Below, piece by piece: positions 47,371 through 55,508 of a stretch of DNA of 64,000 nucleotides; positions within the stretch are counted from its first letter, which is position 1; each line of letters starts with the position of its first letter. The notes beneath the pieces were generated by a model. It had not been told where the DNA came from and did no database searches. It saw only the letters and a program-made list of their open reading frames with translations. Source of the DNA: Bryobacterales bacterium. Lineage in GTDB: Bacteria; Acidobacteriota; Terriglobia; Bryobacterales; UBA6623. The translations under genes and the position numbers were made by a program. Location of the stretch: positions 1,382,211 to 1,446,210 of the forward strand of contig OY729427.2 in assembly GCA_963422375.2 (NCBI GenBank), written 5' to 3'.

Positions 47371-48138
47371 ATGGCGCCCGAACGAACTTGGAAGATCACT
47401 CTAGCCTACGACGGCACGGGCTTCTCGGGCTGGCAGATCCAGCCGGGCCAGCCGACGGTCCAAGGGCGCCTCGAGACGGCCCTGGCGCGCATCGAGGGCG
47501 CGCCCGTCAGGGCCGCGGGCTCGGGCAGGACGGATGCCGGCGTCCACGCGCTGGGGCAGGTCGCCTCCTGCACGATGGGCAACCCGCTCCCGCCCAGCGG
47601 CCTGCTCAAGGCGCTCAACCGCCTGCTGCCCGCGTCCGTCCGCGTGACCGACGCGCGCGCAGCGCCCGCCGGCTTCCACGCCCGGCACGCCGCGACGGCC
47701 AAGACCTACGAGTACCGCATCCTGAGGGCGGCGATCTGCCCGCCGTTCGACGCCCGGTACGTTTACTGGCACCCTTACCCGCTGGACGAGGAGGCCATGC
47801 GCCGGGCGGCCGGCCGCTTCGAGGGCCTGCGCGACTTCCGCTCGTTCGCCTCCGAGACCCGGGGCGCTCCCGAATCGTCCGTGCGGACGGTGTTCTCGTC
47901 CGAGGTGCGCCGCGAGCGCGACCGCCTGGTCTACCGCGTGAGGGGTTCCGGATTCATGTACCGTATGGTGCGCAACCTAGTGGGCACGCTTCTGGAGGTG
48001 GGACGGGGCAATCTGAAGCCCGACGACATGGATCGCATCCTAGCGGCGCGCGACCGCAGGGCCGCCGGCCCGACCGCGGCAGCTCGCGGCCTGTTTCTCG
48101 CAAGCGTCGAGTACCCGGACGATTCCGGCGGCGGCTAG
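47371..48138 (+). CDS. truA: tRNA pseudouridine(38-40) synthase
   Basis: LAYDGTGFSGWQIQP and the catalytic GSGRTDAGVHALGQV. Earlier TTG and GTG starts at 47365 and 47368 are possible. Confidence 0.9.
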   Translation: MAPERTWKITLAYDGTGFSGWQIQPGQPTVQGRLETALARIEGAPVRAAGSGRTDAGVHALGQVASCTMGNPLPPSGLLKALNRLLPASVRVTDARAAPAGFHARHAATAKTYEYRILRAAICPPFDARYVYWHPYPLDEEAMRRAAGRFEGLRDFRSFASETRGAPESSVRTVFSSEVRRERDRLVYRVRGSGFMYRMVRNLVGTLLEVGRGNLKPDDMDRILAARDRRAAGPTAAARGLFLASVEYPDDSGGG

Positions 48139-49034
48139 CGAGTTCTCGAGACGATGAGCTCGGCCAGGGCCGGCAGCGCGCCCGCGCGGCCGCCGAAGGC
48201 TTCGAGCGCGGCCAAGGCGTCGCCGAGGCATTCCCGCGCCCGGGCGCGGGAGGCGTCGATCCCGTGGACCGCGGGGAACGTGGCCTTGCTCTGGCGCTGG
48301 TCCTTTCCGGCGGTCTTGCCCAGCTCGGCGGAAGTGGCAACCACGTCCAAGATGTCGTCGACGATCTGGAACGCGAGGCCGATCGAGTCGCCGAACGCGC
48401 CGAGCGCGTCCAGGCGCCGGGCATCCGCACCGGCGCAGAGCGCCCCGCAGCGCACCGAGGCACGAATGAGCGCAGCCGTCTTGGCGCGATGGATGTAGTC
48501 CAGTTCATCCGGGCCGGTCACGCCCCGCTCGGCCTCGAGATCGGCCACCTGGCCGCCGATCATGCCGTCCCGGGTGCCCGCGGCCGCGGCCAGCTCCGCC
48601 ACCAGCCGCACGCCGGTCCCGGCAGGAAGGTCCAGGCCCGCGAGAATCCCGAACGCGAGCGTCAGCAGGGCGTCACCCGCGAGCACGGCGACGGCCTCGC
48701 CGAAGGCCTTGTGGCAGGTGGGCTGGCCGCGCCGCAGGTCGTCGTCGTCGAGCGCCGGCAGGTCGTCGTGGATAAGCGAGTAGGTATGCACGCACTCGAG
48801 CGCGCACGCCGCTCCCAGCGCTGCCCCGGGCCGCCCGCAGGCCTCCGCGGCGGCGATCGCCAGGATCGGTCGGATGCGCTTGCCGCCCGCGAACAGGCTG
48901 TGGCGCATGGCCGAATGGATGGTGCCCGGCGGCGCGGCGCGCGGCGGCAGGCACCGGTCCAAGGCTTGGTCGACCTGCCGCCGGCGCTCGGCCAAGTACG
49001 CCGCCAAGTCCGCGGGGCCGGCGGCGGCGCTCAT
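48135..49034 (-). CDS. ispA: Polyprenyl (farnesyl/geranylgeranyl) diphosphate synthase
   Basis: First Asp-rich motif LIHDDLPALDDDDLRRG and second motif FQIVDDILD. Confidence 0.9.
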   Translation of the reverse strand: MSAAAGPADLAAYLAERRRQVDQALDRCLPPRAAPPGTIHSAMRHSLFAGGKRIRPILAIAAAEACGRPGAALGAACALECVHTYSLIHDDLPALDDDDLRRGQPTCHKAFGEAVAVLAGDALLTLAFGILAGLDLPAGTGVRLVAELAAAAGTRDGMIGGQVADLEAERGVTGPDELDYIHRAKTAALIRASVRCGALCAGADARRLDALGAFGDSIGLAFQIVDDILDVVATSAELGKTAGKDQRQSKATFPAVHGIDASRARARECLGDALAALEAFGGRAGALPALAELIVSRTR

Positions 49035-49273
49035 CCGTCCCGATCAAGATCGAAGGGCTTGGGAGCGTAGTCGGTTCCCTTCCTTGTCAGGATCTCGACC
49101 TTCGATTCGGCCTCGTCAAGCTGCTTGCGAAGGCCGCTGCTGAGCTGGATTCCCTGTTCGAAGAGCTCGACGGATTGCTCCAGCGAGACGTCGCCATCCT
49201 CGAGCTTCTTGACGATGCCCTCCAGCTTCTCCAGCCCGCGCTCGAAGGAGAGTTCTTGCGAATCGTCGGACAT
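49031..49273 (-). CDS. xseB: Exodeoxyribonuclease VII small subunit
   Basis: 80 aa. FERGLEKLEGIVKKLEDGDVSLEQSVELFEQGIQL is a canonical XseB pattern, and the gene overlaps the ispA start. Confidence 0.9.
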   Translation of the reverse strand: MSDDSQELSFERGLEKLEGIVKKLEDGDVSLEQSVELFEQGIQLSSGLRKQLDEAESKVEILTRKGTDYAPKPFDLDRDG

Positions 49274-49381
49274 GGCCCCTCTTGGGGGTCATTGTACCGA
49301 TGTCCCTGCCCGGTCTGAATGCGCGGGCACGGGCGCGGTGCCGCGCACGGCGAGGCCGACGCCCTGCTCGCCGTTGCGACA

Positions 49382-50668
49382 ATGGCTTGCCCAATGCCGC
49401 CCTTCCCCTGGAGTCTCGCGGAAATCCAGTCGCAGCTACGCGCAGGCGAACTGTCGCCGCGGCAAGTCCTGCGAGCCTCCGAGGAGGCGATCCGCACGCA
49501 AGAGCCCCGGATCCGAGCCTGGAGCTGGCTCGGGCTAAGCGAGGCGCGGGCCAGGGCGCGCCGGTCCGAAGCCGCGGCCGGCAGCGAGGGCACCAGCCCG
49601 CTGCTCGGCGTGCCGTACGCCGTCAAGGACATCTTCGACACCGCCGGAAGCCCGACCGAGTGGGGCACGGAGACGCAGCGCGGGCGGGTACCGGACAGGG
49701 ACTGCGACCTCGTGGCGAAGCTGAACTCCCTAGGGGCGGTGCTGGTCGGCAAGACCCACACGACGGCCTACGCCTACTACGACCCCGGACCCACGCGGAA
49801 CCCGCGCGACCTCGGGCGCACGCCGGGCGGCTCCTCGAGCGGGTCGGCCGCGGCCGTCGCGGCCGGCATGGTGCCGCTGGCGGTCGGCAGCCAGACGCAG
49901 GGGTCGGTGCTGCGCCCGGCGTCGTTCTGCGGCATCGCGGGATTCAAGCCCAGCTACGGCCTCCTGCCCCTCGGCGGCGTCATGCGGTTCGCCCCCACGC
50001 TGGACCATGCCGGCCTGCTTGCGGCGACGGCGGCCGACCTGCGGGTCGCGTGGCGGGCGCTCGGCTTCGAGACCGGCTCGGATCCGTCCGGCGTGGCCGT
50101 TCTTGACTGGCCTCCGGGCGAGCGGGTCGAGCCGAGCATGGCAGCGGCGTTCCGCGCGGCCGCGCAGTCCCTGGCCGCGGCCGGGCTGCCCTTGACCTTC
50201 GCGACGCGGCCGGCCTTCTTCGAGACCCTGCCCGCCGCCTTGCGGACCGTCATGGCCCGCGAAGCGGCGACCGAGCACGGCGACCGCTACCGCAGGTTCG
50301 GACGGAGAATCGGTGCGCAGCTCGCGGCCCTGCTCGAAGAGGGGCTCGAGATCGGGGAGGAGCGTTACCGCGCGGCGCGGCGGGTGCTCCTGCGGTGTCG
50401 CGATGCGTTCGCGGAGTGGGCCGTGCGGCACCCCGTCGTAGCAACGCCCGCGGCCCCCGGGCCCGCACCCCGCGGCCTGGGATCGACGGGCGACCCCCGC
50501 TGCAACGCGCCGTTCACCGCGCTGGGAGCTCCCGCGATCTCGATCCCGCTGCCGACCGCGCCCGGCGGCGAGCCCATGGGCCTGCAACTGGCCGCGGCTC
50601 CCGGCGGGGACGCTGGCCTGCTGGCGACGGCCGCGCTCTGCGAGGCCCTGCTGGCCCGCTCCGGCTGA
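49382..50668 (+). CDS. Amidase-signature family protein (GatA-like amidase)
   Basis: The Gly/Ser-rich amidase signature GGSSSGSAAAVAAGM and KDIFDTAG. The start is chosen at MACPMPPFPWSLAEI; the ORF opens at 49319. Confidence 0.85.
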   Translation: MACPMPPFPWSLAEIQSQLRAGELSPRQVLRASEEAIRTQEPRIRAWSWLGLSEARARARRSEAAAGSEGTSPLLGVPYAVKDIFDTAGSPTEWGTETQRGRVPDRDCDLVAKLNSLGAVLVGKTHTTAYAYYDPGPTRNPRDLGRTPGGSSSGSAAAVAAGMVPLAVGSQTQGSVLRPASFCGIAGFKPSYGLLPLGGVMRFAPTLDHAGLLAATAADLRVAWRALGFETGSDPSGVAVLDWPPGERVEPSMAAAFRAAAQSLAAAGLPLTFATRPAFFETLPAALRTVMAREAATEHGDRYRRFGRRIGAQLAALLEEGLEIGEERYRAARRVLLRCRDAFAEWAVRHPVVATPAAPGPAPRGLGSTGDPRCNAPFTALGAPAISIPLPTAPGGEPMGLQLAAAPGGDAGLLATAALCEALLARSG

Positions 50669-50699
50669 CCCCCGGGCTGGGAACATAGGCGCGAACGGC

Positions 50700-51440
50700 G
50701 GCCGAAGAACTCCCGTCGGCGTGGCGCCGTGAGCGCGGGTCGGCTCGCCGCAGCAACGTGATAGCCGGCGCGGAGATGTTCATCGTCGGCACCGACTCGG
50801 ACGGGATCAACCTGCTGATCTGCATGATCGTGCAGACCGACTCGCAGGCGAAGGTCATGGCCGTGAGGGTCCGCACGCGCGAATTCCAGCAGTGGGGCCG
50901 CATCCTGAACCGGATGGGCCTCCGGGCCGACCGCATCATCCACCCCGAGACGACGATCATGTGGAGCGTCATGCGCGTGCTGCAACGTTCGGGCGTATCG
51001 GAGCTCCTGGATTTCGCCGACGGCCTCATCGAGCTGCTCGGCGAAACATCGATCCCGGCAGCTGGTTCGCGGGCAAGAGCGTCTAGGATCTCGACCAAGC
51101 GGGCCCGCCGGGCAACAGCCTGATCGCGATGATCTTCCGCGGCCCGCAGGTCATCATCCCGCACGGGTCCCAGCGCCTCGAGCCGGGTGACCACGTCAAT
51201 CTCTGCACTACCGCAGAGAACTTCGAGGCCGTGTTTGGGTCATGGGCAACTGGCCCAGCAAGTCGGTGCGCCGGGGCGTGCTCGTCGGCGCGTGGCAGCT
51301 CGGACTCTGGCTGCCGCAGGAGCGCGAGCGCGAGGGCGTCTCGGCGAAGCTGATCGAACGCGACCCGGCGCGCTGCGAGATGGACTCGAAGATTCTGGTG
51401 GCTCGAGAATTCAAGCTCATGGTCGAGCCCCACGGCGTCT
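50700..51440 (+). pseudogene. trkA: Decayed trkA (Trk K+ uptake RCK protein) fragment
   Basis: Three frames are needed to read it. First: AGAEMFIVGTDSDGINLLICMIV...RIIHPETT...LLDFADGLIELLGE. Second: IDPGSWFAGKSV*DLD...LIAMIFRGPQVIIPHGSQRLEPGDHV, with an in-frame TAG at 51084-51086. Third: the start of a second RCK_N domain, RRGVLVGAWQLGL...GVSAKLIERDPARCE. It is truncated at both ends. Confidence 0.6.
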
Positions 51441-51715
51441 TCGCGCTCCGCTTCGGCGGGCAAGTCGTCCCAAACGAACACATCCACACGAAACGGTAAG
51501 TCGCTCTCGTCAAATTTCTCTCTCAAATCACTTACTCTGTCTCACTGATCAGGTGCTGAGAGCACTACAATATCAAGGTCAGAATTGGGCCGTGAAGTCC
51601 ACTTCACCTTCGATCCGTAGACCCATACTGGCACTCCCAAGAGGTGCGCTCGGAGCAACTCCTGAACACTCCTATATTGCTCCGCAGTGATATCGATGGC
51701 TCGTAGTACTCCCAT
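51440..51715 (-). pseudogene. MNT-type nucleotidyltransferase (HI0073/MntA-like antitoxin) interrupted by an in-frame TGA
   Basis: MGVLRAIDITAEQ...VWVYGSKVKWTSRPNSDLDIVVLSAPDQ, then TGA at 51544-51542. The same frame continues DRVSDLREKFDESDLPFRVDVFVWDDLP. The 3' boundary is uncertain where it meets the trkA remnant. Confidence 0.65.
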
Positions 51716-52122
51716 GGCATCCCGCTCAGAGTCGCATACAGGCCGATGGCGTCATCGATGAAATGCGACAAGAGCGCGATACAAGCCTCCACTGTCTCGC
51801 CATCGCAGTCGTGCGATGTGGCAATTCGAGTGTTGGCGTATCGAATCCACTGCTCTATCTGGGACGACAGCAAATTGTTGTGGTCGGCCAGTCGGAATAC
51901 ACCCTTGGGGCTGTTGGGAGCATTAGGCACAGCCAGCTCTTCATCAAGATAACGCTTCAGGACCTTCCACAGGCAATCGTAGCAGGTCTTGAACCGATGG
52001 ATGACCGATTCAGCAAGGGCCTCTTGGAGATGATGCGCAAGGTAGGAGTCTTGTCGATGACGGTATTCGTGCAGTTCCTCGAGACGCTTGAGAGACAAGC
52101 AAAATTTGTCAAAGGAGATCAT
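51604..52122 (-). CDS. HEPN-domain protein, HI0074 / nucleotidyltransferase-substrate-binding family (HepT-like toxin)
   Basis: The ...SVIHRFKTCYDCLWKVLKRYL...SPKGVFRLA...WIRYANTRIATSHDCDGE... pattern includes the Rx4H motif (RIATSH). The gene is low in GC. Its C-terminal ~38 codons overlap the MNT start. Confidence 0.8.
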   Translation of the reverse strand: MISFDKFCLSLKRLEELHEYRHRQDSYLAHHLQEALAESVIHRFKTCYDCLWKVLKRYLDEELAVPNAPNSPKGVFRLADHNNLLSSQIEQWIRYANTRIATSHDCDGETVEACIALLSHFIDDAIGLYATLSGMPWEYYEPSISLRSNIGVFRSCSERTSWECQYGSTDRR

Positions 52123-52424
52123 CTCTCATTCCTTGCCATGGAGACTCTGTCGAAGTCGGCTACAGTCGATCTCTCGCGATGGCGACGGAGATTTTGCTAG
52201 AGCAGCGCCAGGAGTAGCCAAGTCTACGGCGAGTAATTCGACCTTAGACTCGGTACATCCTTCTCATTACAACCTAAGACAGAGTTCACGTGTCCAGTTT
52301 GGATGGAAATCGATACTGGCGATAACACACGGTGAAATCCGACCGATACAGTCTTCACAGCGCACGCCTGAGACTTGAATTACATGCCCATGGAATCGGA
52401 GAAAATGCAACTCTTTACAGGGCA

Positions 52425-53418
52425 TCAATCCCTCCATAATCCCAAAGTACTGAGGTTGAAATTCACGGCAGAATCCAGCCGATTTCATTCTGCTTTCTGC
52501 TCGCTCAGGGCCTTGGCCAGCCGCTTCATCCTCGCCTCGAACGGCTCTTAGTTATCCTTCGGAATCTTCAAGACGACGGAGCGTCCAGGTACGAGCACGT
52601 AGCCATTCGAGCGAATCTCGGCCACCGATACGCTCCTGCAGAAGTCTGGAATATCCGAATAATCGCCAGTGTCTTTCGCATTTTTCCACGTGCCATAGGT
52701 CTCAGTAACACGGGCGATATCGCCGTCCTCCAGTGCGCGATGCGTAGGACTCAGCATGTGACCGAGCCCGCGTACATCAACACACAGGATAGGGGCACCG
52801 CGCTGTCGCCCACGCGCCAGCAGCCAGAGACAGGACGGCCTCTGGGTTGAGAAAAAGAGCTGTCCGGGCAGAGCCACGATGCAATCCACGAGATCGGCAT
52901 CGATCAACACCTTCCTGATTTCGCGTTCTGCCCTCTGAATCGATGACATCGACTCGTTGGCCAGCACGAGGCCAGCATGACCCGAAGGCGCTAGATGACC
53001 AATGCAATGCTGCACCCAAGCAAAATTGGCGTTGCGTCTCGGGGGAAGTCCGAAATGCCAGCGCTTGTCGCTCGTCAGACTCTCCTTGCCCCACTCGTAG
53101 CCGTTGAATGGCGGATGCGCCAAAACGATGTCGGCCTCCAAGCCCGCGTGACGGTCATCGTGAAAGCTGTCCGCTTGAGCGACAATGCCGTCGATGCCTC
53201 GGATGGCGAGATTCATCCGTGCGAGTCTCCAAGTCTCGAAGTCGGCTTCTTGGGCGTAGAGGCTAATCGTGTCGCGCACGCTGCCGCCTCGGCTGCGAGC
53301 TCGCGAGTGGGCGCGCATGAAGTCGCCCGCCCGAGCAAGCAAGCATGCCGGAAGAACCGCAACAGGGATCGAAGATTCGGCCGCCCTCTGGATTGAGCAT
53401 CTCGACAAGCTCGCCTCC
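52425..53418 (-). pseudogene. hsdM: Type I restriction-modification methyltransferase HsdM, core and C-terminus (5'-truncated, frameshifted, two in-frame stops)
   Basis: Motif I ELVEMLNPEGGRIFDPCCGSSGM and motif IV HPPFN, plus NANFAWVQHCIGHLAP and LVDCIVALPGQLF. A tandem AAGC duplication at 53337-53344 shifts the frame. TAA at 52548-52550 and TGA at 52485-52487 interrupt a still recognisable tail (EPFEARMKRLAKALSEQKAE / NRLDSAVNFNLSTLG). Confidence 0.75.
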
Positions 53419-54583
53419 ATGCGCTGGCCGGACGGTCCGGCATGCCCCCGCTGCCGCGGCTCCAGCGTGCAGTCCGGCGCGGCCCACCCTTCGATGCCGT
53501 ACCGTTACCGCGGCTGCGGCAAGCGCTTTTCCGTGCGCACCGGCAGCGTGACGGCCGACACCAAGCTCGGCTACCGCGTCCGGGCCGTGGCCCTGTTCCT
53601 GCTGACCACCGGCCTCAAGGGCGTCTCCGGCATGAAGCTGCACCGCGACCCGGGCATCAGCCGGAAGTCGGCCTGGCACTTGGCGCACCGCATCCGCGCG
53701 TGCCGGGAGCGGGACCGGGACCTGTTCGTCGGCCCGGTGGAAGTGGACGAGACCTGCGTCGGCGGCAAGGAGCGCAACAAGCACGAGAGCAAGAAGGCCC
53801 GTGGCGGGCGCGCGGGACCGCGCCACGAACGAAGTGGCCGCCCGGCCGCTGCCGGGCACGACCGAGGGCGACCTGCAGGGCTTCGTGCGCGGCCGGGTCG
53901 CGCCGGGCGCGCAGGTCCGCTCCGACGAGGCGGCGGCCTGCGCCGGCATGGCGGAGTTCCCGCACGAGGGCGTCAAGCACTCCGGCGGCGAGTACGTGCG
54001 CGGGGCGGCGCATGCGAACGGCATCGAGTCGTTCCGGCCCCTGTTCAAGCGCGGCCTCTACGGAACCTATCACCGGATGAGCGTCCGTCATTCGGGCCGC
54101 TACCTCACGGAGTGCGCGGGACGGCGCAACGCCCGCAATTGCGACACGGCGCAACGGATGCGGCGCATGGCGCGGGGCTTGGTCGGCCGGACGCTGACCT
54201 ACCGGCAGCTGGTCGGCAAGGCCGCGGTCGCGGCCCGAGCACGGCCTGGCCGGTCCGCTGCGGCCTCTCTTCACGCTCGGTGCGAAGGGCGCTCCGGATC
54301 CGGAATCCCGCGCCGCGACCGGTGTCCAGCCCGGACAATTCCTACCGGCAGCCGCCCTGGAAGGGGAGCCTCTCCACGGCAATCCGGGTTCGACCGGGGC
54401 GCCCGAGGCGGCCTCTCCAGTCCCTGCGTCGCGAGATCCGCTTGCAGGCGCGATTCAGATACGAACCGACCCTTCGGTGCCCACCTCGGCCGCACACCAA
54501 TGACCCGAGCAAGACGGCGATGTCCCCAATCAGAGCAGTTCTAGCCGGACATGACGTCGCCGGCACTCAGATATATAATTCCC
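53416..54583 (+). mobile_element. IS1595-family insertion sequence, copy 2 (5'-truncated, right inverted repeat intact, transposase frameshifted)
   Basis: Homology to copy 1 begins inside the transposase Zn-ribbon (MRWPDG...). The C-terminal half (ARDRATNEVAARPL...GDLQGFVRG...HEGVKHSGGEYVRG..HANGIESF...) is in another frame. IRR GGCACTCAGATATATAATTCCC at 54562-54583 is the exact reverse complement of the copy 1 IRL. Confidence 0.75.
54249..54341 (+). repeat. 93-nt block identical to 18483-18575, within the non-coding IS1595 tail
   Basis: Base-by-base comparison of the two copies. Confidence 0.85.
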
Positions 54584-54851
54584 ATATATCCCATATATAC
54601 TGAGGGGCGCACAAGTCTTTTCGGATCGGCCAGGCCAGAATGTACTGACAACTGGGTTCCCAAGCAGTCTGCTAAGAAGGAGGCCTTCCAAATTCGAGTA
54701 CGCAATATACTGTGTATATAGTTACGGTATATCACAATATGCAGGCTTAAGTTCGAGAATTCAAGACTCTATCTCTGGGCTGCTATGATGACAGCCTGAA
54801 TCGGAAGTCGACTGAGTATGGCCCGTATCTTGGGAAAAGGCTTTTGCGCCT

Positions 54852-54864
54852 CTCAGTAATTCCC
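54852..54864 (+). repeat. Degenerate second IS1595-type right-end repeat (CTCAGTAATTCCC, which is the IRR minus ATATA)
   Basis: Compared directly with the IRR CTCAGATATATAATTCCC. It sits exactly where the hsdM N-terminal reading frame stops making sense. Confidence 0.4.
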
Positions 54865-54972
54865 AAACCTTAGGAATACGAGGCCAAGAACGACGCACTT
54901 GTATTCGGCGACGTCGCATGACGCGCGCAACGTCTCCGCTTTCGCCCACAGTTCAGCCGCGTACTCGATCAC
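54865..54972 (-). pseudogene. hsdM: HsdM N-terminal fragment (about 36 codons)
   Basis: (V)IEYAAELWAKAETLRASCDVAEYKCVVLGLVFLRF matches the conserved HsdM N-terminus (LW..AD.LRG..D..EYK.VVLGLIFLKY). It ends at the IS-like repeat. Confidence 0.55.
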
Positions 54973-55499
54973 AGGTCGGTCGTCAACCTGAGCTTCGCCG
55001 GTTTCCGGGGCCGGGATTCTGCTTTCTCCTCGCACTGAAGGCTCCAGTCCCCGCTGACCCCGCATCGGAACGGAACGCGGCCACAGCCCGTCGGCCTTGC
55101 CGGGCGGCGCGGGGCGGGGGGACACCGACAACACAGGGCACTCCGGGAGTATCCGCTCTCGAATGTACCACCTCCGCCGTGCTACACGTTCGCATCGCGG
55201 CGCGCCGTTCCGAACTAGCGTCCCGGCTCGATGGCGCGCCAGCTCGCATCGCGTCCGAGCGGGCTGAGGACCCCTGGCACCGGTCGTCGCCGTCGAGCGG
55301 GCAGCCCGGCACCAACAGCTGCCGTTCCTCGAGGGACGTCCGGAGCACAAGACCCGGTCATGGCGGGCGTTCGCATCGTGGTCTCGATCCTTCTGACGCC
55401 CTTTGCACGACAGCCGGGCGATCCGGAGGCGCGCCACTCGCACGGCGGCAGATTCCGGAGGGTCTCCCGACCTCACTCAAAGAAGACGGCAACTGGCGG

Positions 55500-55508
55500 C
55501 CTCTCGGG
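55500..55508. repeat. Target-site duplication CCTCTCGGG (left copy) of the IS4-superfamily element
   Basis: The identical 9-mer directly abuts both ends of the element (55500-55508 and 57233-57241). Confidence 0.7.

Noticed and set aside
52267-52488. A 73-aa Cys-containing ORF between hsdM and the HEPN gene, considered as a small zinc-finger or hsdS remnant.
   Set aside because: It overlaps, out of frame, the still recognisable C-terminal tail of the decayed hsdM (…SEQKAE/NRLDSAVNFNLSTLG). It also has no HsdS-like motif.
17586-54583. The 35-kb segment between the two IS1595 copies considered as a composite transposon or genomic island.
   Set aside because: The interior is dense with essential housekeeping genes of genome-typical composition. 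Both IS copies are dead, copy 2 lacks its left end, and no matching target duplications are present.
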